From: Octopus bimaculoides
Taxonomy: Eukaryota
Reading direction: 5' to 3'
Assembly (NCBI RefSeq): GCF_001194135.2
Contig: NC_068992.1
Span: 1,193,735-1,257,734, forward strand
Length of the DNA stretch: 64,000 nt
Shown: piece by piece, positions 1 through 13,645 of the stretch
Layout: each line of letters opens with the position of its first letter
Position numbering within the stretch: position 1 is the first letter of the stretch
Program-made: the position numbers and the translations under genes
Notes under the pieces: model-generated
Seen by the model: the letters and a program-made list of their open reading frames with translations, nothing else
What the model was told of the DNA's origin: nothing
Databases searched by the model: none

Positions 1-1009
1 TGGTGAAAAAGAAATCAAGGCTACTTCATTGATGTCTACGTAGATTCTCCAAATGTAAAGTTTTCTCTAGTAATGCATCATTCCAGTTGTTCCCAAAACG
101 AATTGCTTAGTGTGTGTTCCGCTTTCAATGAGCCGAATTTGCATTCCGTGCTTTCGTTCAATAAAATAAATGATATTAATTTACTCAGTTTCATTCAATC
201 AATTTACTCTCTAATGAAAAGGTTATGTTCTGCCGGGTAAAGGAACAAGGATACAGAATACTGAGATATTCAATCTTACCAACTCATCCAATAGATTATT
301 ATTTTACTTTACACCTCAACGGAAATGACAATACTGATGATGCTATTGCTGTTGCGTTTGCTGTTGATGTTGCAGTTGGTTTTATGCTACTATTGCTGCT
401 TTCCTCGTAGTTCTGACTGTTCTTTAACTATAGGTCGACTCTGATAGACCAGGCCCAATGATATTCATAATAATTCAATAGGTGATCATCCACTTATTTC
501 CTGTATCAGCAGTATTACATTATTAAATCCGTGCGGTGTTTTTTATTTTCCTATTTTCTTTTTAGAAATACTAATGTAGGTAGATTACCTGCCTTCCATG
601 TCTAGCGGGTTGAATGAATACCTATCGAAGCATTTCATTGCATTCTTTTTACGATATTTTATAAGTAAAAGTACTGATTCCTTTTTTCCCTGCCAACAGA
701 ATCTCCGCTTCTTACGTTTATTGTGAAAGCCAAAAAATATGAAAACTCAAATATTGCATCACAATGAAAAATGCTTGTAATGTTTCGAAGATTGTATAAT
801 GTAAGAGAAAGAATGTTACAATGACAACTGTTACTACTAAAGGCTACTTGTCTTCTCAGCTGGCGTCGATGTTGGCAACACAGAACTAACATCATTAATA
901 TTTGTATTTCCTTCGCTCTTCCACGTGCAAATTTTAAATTAAATATGAACTAATACAAAACTTGTGTTTCTGCTACAAGTTGTTACTACTACAGCAAACA
1001 CTGCACCAC

Positions 1010-1012
<3 letters not shown>

Positions 1013-1051
<39 letters not shown>

Positions 1052-1063
1052 TAATAATAATAA
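1013..1063 (+). repeat. (TAA)n microsatellite directly upstream of an R4/Dong-type element
   Basis: Near-perfect TAA run with one TGA interruption, read directly. Confidence 0.95.
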
Positions 1064-1890
1064 CTCATAGCTCAAAACAATGTGCTGAATAAGGTAAAAA
1101 CAGTATATCATGCATTATATCCCCGAAAATGCATAAGACACCATAAAAGAAAGGAAGGAAAAGGAACAGGATAGAAATAACACTGGACGCAGTAAATAAA
1201 TGGCTAAACCAAAGTAGAATTTCTACACAACTACCCAACCCGGAAATACATAAGGCAAACGAGCAAATCAACAACACACACAGACAGGTAAATACTGAAG
1301 CACAAAACAACAACACACAAAATAACGCACGGCATAAAAGACTAGGTATCACCGAGGACGGAGACGAACCGACTGAAGAAATATCGAAAGTAAAAGAACT
1401 AAACATCACGCTGGATAAATATGGACCAGCATAACAGTCTCCCAAAGGCTACAAAAATTTATATAAAGAGCTTTATGAAAGGATAAATAAATATAGCAGA
1501 TCTTTAGAAATAACAATGACGACATCGAAAGATACACTCGATATCAACAATCTAGGTTACCTTATCTACTCAACAGCTCTAGTGATATCCTGTGAAGCTG
1601 GATTTGTTCCTTACGAACAAATGATAAATCATATGGGCAAAAACGTAGAAGCTATGCCTAGATCCTCAACACAACATACTCTCCAAAAACTAGCCCTGAG
1701 AGGAACAGCTCACATGCTACGCAAGACACTACAAAGAGTTGCTGAGATAGTAACACTCCATGACCACAGTATTGACTTGCTTGTTCCATCTACGCCATGT
1801 CCATTGCTGGATAACGACAGGGTGGAGTCAGACCAGTATCTCTGAGCCTACCGGTTGCAACAACCTCACAAACAAAGGCTTCAGTTTCAT
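1064..1890 (+). mobile_element. Internally deleted R4/Dong-clade (RLE) non-LTR retrotransposon relic
   Basis: ORF 1516-1845 contains INNLGYLIYSTALVISCEAG (1543-1602), resembling the pre-RT N-LIYA-A-V-E-LG block of R4-clade ORFs. It is joined in frame to MINHMGKNVEAMPRSSTQHTLQKLALRGTAHMLRKTL (1621-1731), resembling the R4 C-terminal LQK-ALLGTA-ILRK-L motif. No RT or PD-(D/E)xK core lies between them. It starts right after (TAA)n; the 3' boundary is approximate. Confidence 0.6.
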
Positions 1891-3249
1891 TACTACTATT
1901 ATTCACAATATTTTTTTTTATTGTCACTATATTTATCATTTTCTTTCGTTATCTATATTATAAGATTAAATACTAAGCTAGCTTTACTTAGATTCTTATA
2001 TTTCTTCTTAGACGTCGTTTGCTTCACTTTAAATTTAAGTTATTTTGGGTTACCTTGATATCATTGTGTTAACTTAAATATTCGGACATATTTGAATGAC
2101 TTGTATTTTGCACTGTTCTTCTATGTCTAAATTTGTTGGCACAATAGAAAAATCGTCGGTCTTGTATGCTGTAATCATCAATACAAGATGTGGTATTCTC
2201 CATTATTTTACATGTTGTTATATATATGTGCGTGTGTGTTTGTGTGGGTGTGTATGTTTTAACTGACACATTGATGTAAATATTTCTTCATCTACCGAGC
2301 TACGGTTGGTGTTTTTCGCGCTTAAGTTAATCCCTGCAACAACCGGCAAATGATGAAAGGTGTTGCAGCTAGGACCGTCAAGTTTTGTTTTCCCCTCAAT
2401 GACTTCATTTGCAGAGTACCAAGCATCAAATTATTAATATGATTTCATTAAGGACTCTTAATGTGAGACTTCATTGGAAGAGGGGAGGCTGTAATTTTTG
2501 TTCTACAATTTGATCACATGTCGGTGTGGGAGTAAGATTAATGTAACCTGGAGACGGGAATTATTTGCGAAACTTTGCTGTTTAAATTTTCAAAGTCAAA
2601 TTAATGTGCGTATTTCAGAAAATAGAAAATTGTTTGACTAGTGAAAAGAAAACTGTAGTGGTGGGGACAGCTATGGAAGAATAAACGATGGTCACAGTTT
2701 CACTCTCCACCCCACAGAAATCCAAATAGAAATCAACATGATAGGAAACACATACATTTTCACATCATTGTCAAAAATTCGTGCTGACTTGGATAAGAGA
2801 GAGGGAGAAATTAAGTGTGTGTACGTAGACGAAACCAGACAAAGTAGTTTGGACAATATTGGTTATTCATTAAATTCTGGCTGCATCTCTTTTCATGCAG
2901 GTGGATATTGTCATTCAATATTTGAAGATAATGCAATAAGTATTTTTCAATGTTATATTTGATACGGCAGACTATAATACAATACCGGGAAGAGCCACAA
3001 TTCATTCTTCAATGGAGTAGAAGGAATGCTGAATTTCATTTTTCTTTTATATCCCAACATTTGGTACAAAGAGCCGTGAAGATTCTTGTAAAAAAAAAAA
3101 AAAATTAACGCGTTAGCGCAATATATGTAAACTTCGATTTTTGGCTGTTGTAAATTTTGCGTGTTACTGTATGTATTTATATATATATAGATATATATAT
3201 ATATATATATAACTGGCTCTCTGTCAATTATGGAGATTTGTGCTCCAGT

Positions 3250-3563
3250 TGAAATTAATGTGCGAGCTGTTGAGCACTCTACAGACACTCGTATCTAAAG
3301 GTATTTCTCGAGGAGATTCAGCGTGACACAGTATGTGGAAAGGCTGGCCCTTTGAAATACAGGTACAACAGAAACTCGAAGAAAGAGTGAGAGAAAGTTG
3401 TGGTGGAAGAGTAAAGCAGGGTTCATCACCAACCCCTGCCGGAGGCTCATGCAACTATTGGTGTTTTCGCTCAATAAACAATCACAACACCCACTCTGGG
3501 AATCGAAACTGCGATCCTACGATCACGAGACCGCTGCTCTAATTACTGGGTCATTGCCCCTCC
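3250..3563 (-). mobile_element. tRNA-derived SINE, same family as 44301-44687, diverged and lacking the 3' end
   Basis: Collinear with 44376-44687 (shared blocks such as ttttcgctcaataaac, gagtgagagaaagttgtgg and ttcagcgtgacacagt). The minus-strand head has A- and B-box-like motifs. Confidence 0.9.
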
Positions 3564-3732
<169 letters not shown>

Positions 3733-6700
3733 TTTGAACTTAATTTCGATTCTAATTTATATCATTCCCTTCATTCGTTACAACAAAATCTTCGAGTGCT
3801 GTATTTGAATAATGTCCAAAATGCATCTACTTATATCTACAAATGCGACGTGTGGCGCTTTCGTGTATCAGTCGCAAATCGTTTATTCTCCTTCCGCCTC
3901 AATCAACTAAAAGCATACGGTGATCGCCATTTTATTCCATTCTCTAATATCGATACCAGTATCAATTTTTATTAAGATACTTTTATAGCAACTATGAAAT
4001 CAATTATATTTAATTTAATTAAGTTGAGACTTTAATTAATATAACTGATATTCAAAGAATCACATATGAATAAATTTCAATAAATACTTTCAGATTACAA
4101 TAACTGTTTGAGGTAAATGTATAATTATATTTTAAACTATCCATATTATTGATATTTAGCTGCTGGTCATGTACGTAAAAACATGGATTTAATAGCCTTT
4201 TTCTCCTTTTCTTCGCGTATTATTACATACTACATAGTAAGCAGGTTTAACAGTCTTAGCAGTTGTATCAATTTACTAATTGCAATCTGCTAATGATTTA
4301 GTAGAAAATTTCTTTCGGCTGGTAATGTTATATACATTTGTGTAAATCAACTTTAATCCAATTTTTGAAAGACCTATCAGAGACTAGCAGATGTTACAAA
4401 TTAGGCGTTGTCGAGGTAAGGGGTTTAAGGAACGCTTCAAGGGATAGATTTCAAGAAAAGCAAATGTTAAACGTATTAACAAAGCGCAGTCTATGTTATA
4501 TTGTTTCTATCAGAACGAATTTTAAATGATACACGCACGCACGCATACACACATATATACACGCACTTACAAAAACACACACACATACTCACACATACGC
4601 CCGCTTACACGCACACGCGCGCACACACACACGCATGCACTCACGCGTACGCACATACACGCGCACACACATATACACACATATGTATGCATACACGCAC
4701 ATACACACACGTACAACTATCATTGCGTTTATAATCTGCTGATGTCCAAATAGTTGAGCGCGTCAGAGATTATAATTTACTTCTGCAAGGGCCGTATATT
4801 TGTCAATATTATGCTTGTTATTGAGTGATGCACATTCCTTGGCAATTGGAGCTCCTAATCGTTATCCATACGCACACACAAACCTCTTTCTGAATATAAA
4901 CACACACAACACACGTATACATGTGCGCGCGTGTGGGCGAGTGTGCGTACGAGTGTGTGTGTGTGTGTGTTTGTAGACACACATATACGCACACACACAC
5001 ATGTACACACAGAGAGAAACAATGACTTCTTTTATATAAACATGTTCCTATATTTTAGCCAATGACCAACTAGATATACAACGGGCTTTCCGTTAGAACC
5101 AATGCCACGAATGTCAGCTCATATATTTTGTATGTCAGCAGAGTCCTTATTGTGGTCAATGTTGAGGAGAGATTTAAGAGTTAGGGAATATATTTGACTG
5201 CTATTTCTAACAAATGACATTACCACTTTAACGCCTCTCCATTGACTTTGCACTTCTCAAATAGCTGCTTCACATTTATGACATTCTTCCGAACAGCGCA
5301 TGATGATATTCACAATCGAATATTTACATGAAAATTCCATTCAGCATTTCATAAAACTTCTGTTTTGGTTACTAAAGAAATTTCACACAATATAACATTC
5401 ATTTCGAGCTTTAACAAATAGTAAGTGTCCGCTATACATGAAATAAATCAACATACAAGTTCCATATAAGAAATATTAGCACTCATTCATATAATACGTA
5501 CATATGAAAGAACACAAACATTGTCCGCTCAGAGTAAGTATTGTTGACGGGATATTATTGTATGTCTTCTGTAGGTGATGCAAGGCCAAATTTATATCAA
5601 CAATACAGTGTAGTAACCCAAAGCAACAGTTGTAATTCGTAATATCTTAAAGTGTCAGATCACCGACTTTATTTTACGTCAGGTTCTAAATATCCAGGTT
5701 ACGTGTAAGTTGTAAACATTTCGTGACACAACATCTTTCTCTCAGAACCTGCATAAAAGGATACCGTCTTTATTATTCCAATAAAGTGACTTCCTACCTA
5801 CAAACTTTAAATTTATTTCCGTTTATTCAAAACCTGTAATGTGAGAGATTAATAACTAAAATGAAATTAAGTAGCATTCAATTGTACATGATAAATGTGA
5901 GGGATACAACGTCAGAGAAGTGAAAAGTTGACATTAGCAAGCACTTGCTGTTGATAACTCTTAGAGTGTTCATGCTACAAATAATCTCTCCGTTGTTGAT
6001 TACATAAGTTATGTTTATGTAAGCAAGCGATGAAATCATCTCTATTTCTCCCTGGATTCTTCTACACGTTGGCCACGAACCAATATATTCCTTCTTTATT
6101 TACTTCATTCAGCATTACATTTAATGATATTCATATCTCATTGAATGGTATTAGCTCTCAAATATCTTCAAAGCTAAAGAAATTTTGGAAAATATATTTC
6201 TTCTATTTTAAGAGCATCGGTTAGGAAGTTAAGCAAATGTTATTTTTCCTATGAACTCTACAGCTGCGCAGTTATCTTAAACGATTTACAGGTTTTTGAT
6301 CCCTTAATACCACATCGTACTTCCATCTCTAATTAACTGGCTAAAGAAGCTATTAAACTGGAGACCAATTATGTAACGCTTACGTAGGCATTTGAATATT
6401 CTTCATAAGATTCCCTGAAGGATTTAGCCAAGGAAATTTTAATTCCAATTTGAGATATCTTTTTTATGACTTATAATCGACACTTTACTTCATCCAAATG
6501 TTTTTCTTGGTTATTAATATTCACAGCATATGTATAATAACGTGCACCCTTATTTTAAGCGAAGCAAAGAGAAACCTAATCATTATTGTTTAGTAAAAGC
6601 ATCCTACACAGGAGAGATTGTCATGTAGATTAAAATTCAATAACCATACGCAAGAACAACTTGATCTCAGTTCCATTTACACATTATAGCATTTCTCTAG

Positions 6701-7772
6701 ATCTGTGACCACCGTATTTAGAATAATTTAAAATATCACATTGGTCGTCTTCCATTAAAATAACAAAAAACACGATTGTTTTTTTTTTCGGCGAGAAAGG
6801 TAATGTTATATGGAAGAATCATAGAAGAATATTGCTGTAACATTAATTTCCTTGATACAATATGGATAATTTGATCCCCACAAATAAATTTATTATTTAG
6901 CGATCAGCGACTTATTCAATCTTCTTCATATAGGGAGCAAAGTTGGCTCTACAAATACACTTTGCTTGTATTACAATGAAAGAGATTTGTATCCACGCAA
7001 ATTTTCCTACGTAACTGGCTGAAGCCTACGTATTAAATTCATTCGAAATATGATCAGTTGTTTCTCTGAATATTTTTATAATATAGGATTCATATTCGTA
7101 ACAATCTAGTCTATTATATGTAAGAAAATAAGGTTAAAAGAGTGAGATGTTAGTCTGAGCATTGAGCATTTAGATGAAAATATCCTGTAAAGTGTGCTAC
7201 CAAATATATACATGCGTGTGTGCGCGCGTGTACGGGGGGTATGCATGTATATATGCGTGCGTGTGTGCGCGCGTGCTTTTAGAGCAATGTCCACGATGCT
7301 TCAGATAACGTGGATGAATATTTGAGATAACATAAGTTACTTTTTGTATTGATAAAATAGGCACAAAAATTTCTTCTGTTTTACGTTTGCCTACAAGCGA
7401 AAAGTCAACAATTGAAAAAGAACGTTCATTTATCAGAGCCTGCTTGCATTATTAGTAGATTGTTTACATGCCGTTCCTCTGTATATATATACCCAAACAT
7501 TGGTAGTTCATATTAATTGCGCACATAGGCGCATCCAAAAGGAAAAAAAAGTCGTGCGCAAACACATCTACACAAACATATATTGAGTGACCCTTCATAT
7601 AGGTTGATCTCTCAGTCTCTGAACAATAAACAGTAACGACAGCTTCTCTGCTAGTTCTTCGACAGTTACTATGGGATTTTTATTCCGTCTGGGTTTGCAA
7701 AAATCCATGCACAGACACATACAGACGTGCTCACACAAAGAGACAGCGGTACACATGCACACACTCACACAT

Positions 7773-7820
<48 letters not shown>

Positions 7821-8088
7821 CAAATACGAACACAAAAACACATATGCAGAATACATAAATACAAACGTACACACATCCAAACAAACAAACAAAAAGAATG
7901 CTGCTCGGATAACGGACACAGTCAACAACTATTGAAAAGGTTGCAATGCGCAACGAAAATTTTGGAAAAATAAATAAATAAATGAGTCGAAACTTGAACG
8001 GTGAATGTGTTAATAATAAGGCAATAGAAGTGAATGACTCTCCCCACACACAGCAATAGACACACGCACACACACACAACTATCTATG

Positions 8089-8500
8089 TTTACTCTTTTA
8101 CTCCTTTACTTGTTTCAGTCATTTGACTGCGGCCATGCTAGAGCACCGCCTTTAGTCGAGCAAATCGAAGCCAGGACTTATTCTTTGTAAGCCTAGTACT
8201 TATTCTATCGGTCTCTTTTTACCGAACTGCTAAGTTACGGGGACGTAAACACACCAGCATCGTTTGTCAAGCGATGGTAGAGGGACAAACAAAGACACGC
8301 AAATACACATACATATATATATATGTACATATATACGACGGGCTTATTTCAGTTTCCGTCAATCAAATCCACTCACAAGGCTTTGGTCGGCCCGAGGCTA
8401 TAGCAGAAGACACTTGCCCAAGGTGCCATGCAGTGGGACTGAACCCGGAACCATATGGTTCGTAAGCAAGCTACTTACCACACAACCACTCCTAAGCCTA
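8089..8500 (-). mobile_element. Full-length tRNA-derived SINE with CORE-like block, internal microsatellite and LINE-like tail (OR-type octopus SINE by recall)
   Basis: Minus strand: head with A-box-like tggttgtgtgg and B-box-like ggttcagtccc; CORE-like ccttgggcaagtgtc; internal (TA)/(TG) run at about 8290-8335; 3' part ending ggcggtgctctagcatggccgcagtcaaatgactgaaacaag plus (gagtaaaa)-type tail repeats. The same 3' part recurs at 48292 and 59131. Confidence 0.9.
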
Positions 8501-9188
8501 AATATTACAGAGAATTGCGTATATAAACGTAATATTCCATGAAACTTAGTTACGTTACAAAGTTGAATTCGCAAAATCAAATACTCTTGAATCTCCAGAA
8601 GCCATTTTGAAATCTACTTGTAGTAGAATACCTAAATTATTAAATGATATTTATTCGACTGTGGCATTTACAAAGGATGTGACTTCCATACAGTCGTGAA
8701 TTATCATATGGTAGTTGAGTGGCTATTATCTTCAATTTTAGAAACCTAGCTTTTAAATCCTCCATTCATACTTGTTCTAATTAAGCAGAACATGATGTGA
8801 ACAAATTACCAGCGCAAACTACGTAATCACAGAAGTCTTATCAAGTTGTTCCTCAAATACACCGATTTAACAAATTTTGTAGGTTCACTTTCTAAAGATA
8901 TACACTGATCGGGGACAATAAAAGCTGTACATTTCGTGAATTTACAAAATTCAAGAGGGTTTATTGGAATATCTTTTGTTTCCTATGTTATTTGAATTTT
9001 TCCCTAGCCTTTTAAGATAAAGAATCGGGACTGAAGCCACGGCTTTGCTAGAATCATTTATCTACGAAACAAGATGTCCACTATATCGATTATATGCTTT
9101 TCACCTAATCAGCATTGAACCTACGTGCTTAATACTAAGTTCTATGATGAAACAACGCATTTTATGTCCTGCATATACATTCATATAT

Positions 9189-9228
9189 ACCTACCTACCT
9201 ACCTACCTACCTACCTACCTACCTACCT
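9189..9228. repeat. (ACCT)n microsatellite
   Basis: Read directly. Confidence 0.95.
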
Positions 9229-9699
9229 AACTACATACACACACAAATATATATATATATATATATAACATAAATGCATAATCACTAATAGGTGATGTTT
9301 GCTGTTTTTTATCCCAGTGGTAAGTCAACTCGTCATACTTGGTTATGAAATGTAAATGCAATATAAAATCTGCAGAGGGGAGGAGAACTAACATCACACG
9401 CATTTGAGTTTCTGATGACTCTATGAGAAAAATCTTTCCCAGAGTCAAGAATCAGGAGGTGCTCACGAATGTCATAATGAGCTTAGAAATGGTTAACTAT
9501 TCATAATTTGTAGTCAAACGAGGAAATATTGTCGGCAACATAATGAAAAGTCAAAGAACTCACTCATGATGTTTGCTATAACAAAAAAAAAAAGACAAAG
9601 AAATTAACTCGGTATTTGCATAGATTGTCAGTGTGATTAAATCTAGAGAAGCAAATGAACACTTCAGCATAAGTCGATAGGCATGGACGTCATAGTTAC

Positions 9700-10285
9700 T
9701 GAGATTCAATAAAATCATATCCCCGAACTCTGCCTCATTACGCAGTACTTGTAGCAACAGTTAGCTTATGAGGCTGGACACATATGAACATATAATATAA
9801 AAACTAGAATGATAATAAGAACTAGTACTTACCACCACATGAATAGCAAAACTGGTTCGGAATATATTTTGAGGAGGGGTACAGAACGATTAACCCCTTT
9901 TTCTTCGGTGAAACAGTATTTAGTTTGTGATCTTAAGAACATAAATCACTTTCATGCAAATTGTTCCCCCTATTTTCACTTCTGGACAAACAATAACTTC
10001 CATCACGTCAGTAATACTCTCCACTCTATAACTTACAGAATGCATTACGTTATCAACAGGAAACATAGCCAACCCTTTCAGAGATCCCGAACCAGAGAGC
10101 ATCTCAAATTTGAAAATACACATTGTTGGTTGAGTGTTCCAATAAAAAGCAGCATGCCGATGTAAACAGAATAGGTAAGAAAATGTTCTACAGAATATGT
10201 AGCAAATATGATCGACTCTTGAAGAGATGATGAACAATGGTTATCATTGTCTGACCTTCTATGAAGGCCAATGCGAAACGTACCG
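9700..10285 (+). mobile_element. Highly decayed Penelope-like element 3' region (RT C-terminus to GIY-YIG-like)
   Basis: Fragmentary peptides in the expected order: SLRSTCSN (cf. RLRRICS), STYH..ILRR..DLKN (cf. TYHP..ILRK..KNL), SNTLHSIT..HYV..SQPF..RTREH (cf. SNVIY-I-C..YIG-T..R..EH). These are followed by a degenerate hammerhead-like ctatgaaggccaatgcgaaacgta at 10259-10282. Many stops and frameshifts. Confidence 0.35.
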
Positions 10286-12254
10286 CACTTATATAAACTT
10301 CATGAATTTTCATTTCAATATCATTTCACAGAGGCAGTTGTATGTGTAACAACAGACATGGTTATTTCAAATTTTTCAGGAAACCCTAGACACTCATATA
10401 ACCCCTGCCTTCTTTAACATTTCTATTATTCGTCTTCATTTCTAACTCTCCAACAAACACAATAACAACTGTTCTCTATACTTTCAAGGTGAAAGTTGCA
10501 TTAAATTAAAAGTTAAAATTCCATCCCCCTACTCTCATAACGCTGCGTTCCACTAGTCACGGAAGTATTTACAGCGTAACAGTTAGGTTGGTTCATTAAA
10601 ATTTATTAGTTGTTTACCACGATCTCTACTTATTCATTTTCTTTGTTCGTTTATAATTTTCTTTTTCACCTTGCCTTCATCAACTATGCAAATTGTATGA
10701 GTATGTGGACTGACACAACATCCATGACTGGATGCTAATAATACAGTAAATATATTTAAGTATTTCTTCTACTTTATTATTTTAATTAAAATATTTGTTT
10801 CCAAAACACATTTAACATAAACTTTCTTCTATATTTACCAACACGAAAATTTACTTTTCCAGTTTCCTAATATATCTCTCCTACTTTCGAAATGTTACGT
10901 ACATAGATCACTAGATTTTAAACATGTGATGTATGAAATCACAAACATTTCATGTATATTGTTTCTTCATAGTGTCCTCTCTTGTCTAAGTGATGCAAAG
11001 GAATATAAATAGTACTACCTTGTAGTAACATACTATATCTTCTATATGTGATGCTTATTTTATGTAAGTTTACAGCACAATTCCAAATAACTTTTATAGT
11101 AATTTGAGTAGCTTATTCTGAGACTTGGCTTTTTTTAATGCAAAATTTCCATTCTGAATAATGATTTCTTTATAAAAATCGCTATTGTGAACTGAAGCCA
11201 CTGCGTGTAATACTTTATTAAATATTAACTGTATCTGATACGTACTCCATATATATGTGATGGAAGGCAGAATAAATTTAATATACAACACTCATATAAA
11301 CTGTCACTTGGACATACAGACATTCATGCAACACATTTTACTCGACACAAAACTATATTCAATGAAGTTTCAAATATATTAGATACTGTCATCGATTTCT
11401 GTACTCACATATCATTATATTTGTTCGCATTTCAACTGATTTCTTTAAGACTATCTTAACTAATATGTCTTCAAGAAGATATGTTCATTCATAAGCAGAA
11501 CATTTATTCATAGATTTTTATCTAATTTTTCTTGATGTTTATGATGTTGGACGGTATTCCTTAATCTCGGCTTCATTGGAATTTGTACTAAATCCGTCTT
11601 ATTCTGTTATCAGTGTGTCAAAACAGTAACCCGATGGTACGTAGTATATTTGAAACATTAAAGCCTATTCCTATTTTATTATCAATCTTAAAGTTACCAG
11701 ATGTTTATCATAGAAAATCTCAGATATATAAATGCAGAAATAAAACAACATTTATGTATTCACCCCTACAAAAAGTAAGAGAATACAAAATGAAACAAAT
11801 TTCAAATCAAAAAGAGATTTGAATTTTTATATACATTTGCAGATATATCTATAATTGAATAACATTTAGATCTATGAATATGACAAGCAAAAACCTGCTA
11901 CTTATAAGAAAGTGTTGGAAACATATTCAGAGTAAATTTCCTGAAGCATATATTCAATTCATAAAAGTAATGCCAGTCAGACTTCCATCTAGATAGAACC
12001 CATGATTAATAATTGTTTGTTTACAAATAATTTCCTTTAACATAAGCAAATTATTCTATTGAAATGATACAATTCAATTGCAATAATCTTGAAACTGCCA
12101 AACTTCCTCATGTTAAATAAGTATGACTATAATTGTTTCATGAACGACATCGTAAATCCCAATAATAGAAACGAATTTAGATATTAATAATAAATGTATG
12201 CGTGTGTGAAATGAAAATACACACACATTGTTTCTATGCTATTTAAGTTATTTG

Positions 12255-12440
12255 CGGGGAAAAGCGGAAGTGAGATTCAAGACATGATTCCCAAACTGTT
12301 TCGGGCTGCTGCTGCCTTGACGCCAAGATCACGTTCAAAGCGTTCCTCCTCCTCCCCACCACCAAAACCACCACCACCACCACCACCACCACTACCACAA
12401 CCACCTCAAACACAGACCGCTTCCTTCATCAAATTCTAAA
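12255..12440. promoter_or_regulatory. Local GC-rich island with ETS-like GCGGAAGTG and a (CCA)n tract; possible promoter or 5' exon
   Basis: Abrupt GC enrichment against the AT-rich background; gcggaagtg at about 12264-12272. No splice donor or homology recognised. Confidence 0.25.
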
Positions 12441-13499
12441 CAACAGTATTTCACAAATAAAGGCAATGTATCGCCATGAAGACATTCGATCCAACGTGAT
12501 CAGAACTTGCTTACTACTTATGTTTGTCAGAAGAAATGTGCTAGTTCTTCCTCCAAAAAACGTAACCGAAGGTTCTGAAAATTATGCGAATTCATCCTCG
12601 GAATGATGATGCTCGGAATTCCAAATGAACCCTTTATCACTCTGCTCAGAAAAGTAGTTTATCATCTTCTTTCACCTTTTTTGTTAACATACTTGTGTCA
12701 ATTTTGACAACAAATACAGGGATTTAATTGCAGTGCCGGTTCCTGCCGGTTCCCCCAAACAGCTTATTTGGACTTCAATAATTTTAAACTACATTCATAA
12801 TATTATCTAGCCTGTTTTATTACTGACGCTACTTAACTATTATGATCTGCGTTTCATGGATGTTGTTCCATTAAATTAGTTGTACAGGATATAAACGATG
12901 CAGGTTAATAAAATATAGAATGATTCAATTCAATATTAGTTTGGTCGTTTTCTCCTTCACATCCATCCAAACTAATATTATGTAAAACCAACCAAGAATT
13001 CATGAGTTAGAAATCTCACCAAAAATAGTAGCTCTGAAAGTGTTTGCATTCATTGGCTACAGAATTTCTAATCCCAGTTTGTTACTACAATCCCAAAATA
13101 CTGAAATCGAAATATTTCGTATAATCATCTCTGAGAAACTCATTGAGCCGGTGAGAATGCTTCTGTAATATTACAGCAGGAATTATCAAAGCAATCCACC
13201 CTGAGAGGAGGGTATATGAAGCGGTATGTGTATTATTGGGCCTTATTTGTATATAACTGTGATTATGTGTTGATTTCTTTGTTTACTGAGTAAATAAATT
13301 AAGTGAAAACAATAACCAGTGCTAATATCTAAAACAAACAAAAATAGCAAGGTTTGAATGATTATATTTCTCCTTGATTATTAATCATTCATAACCGACA
13401 TTTCTTCTGAAATATACCAGCTTCTATTCTAACTCAAATTATTTTATTCCGATACTTTAAGCTTCGGATATTACGTACCAGTGCCAAAATACTCGCATA

Positions 13500-13645
13500 G
13501 TTGAAATAATTATGGTTTGTTGCTATTTCATTGGCCCAGTAGAATAAATAGAATAAATAGTCTCACTATTTATGTAGTCGAGGAGACCCAGAACGGGTCG
13601 AAACGTGTTGTACTAAATAAAATCTCTTTTTACATCTATTTTGTT
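13500..13645 (+). mobile_element. Penelope-like terminal-repeat fragment carrying a hammerhead-like motif
   Basis: tcgagga-GACCC-agaac-GGGTC-gaaac-gtgtt-gta-ctaaataaaa at 13578-13622, followed by a pyrimidine-rich tail and a (TA)n run. Confidence 0.55.

Noticed and set aside
2334-2368. Small hairpin with ATGATGA (C-box-like) in its loop
   Set aside because: The C box is in the loop rather than near a 5' terminal stem, and no paired CTGA D box follows; not a credible snoRNA.
5575-5645. Acceptor followed by GDARPNLYQQYSVVTQSNSCNS*
   Set aside because: No supporting upstream exon; such acceptors are common in AT-rich DNA.
9560-9757. Minus-strand LRNEAEFGDMILLNL resembling GT31 galactosyltransferase E..YGDI
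   Set aside because: No DDD motif or other GT31 blocks; the opposite strand is better explained as a Penelope-like relic.
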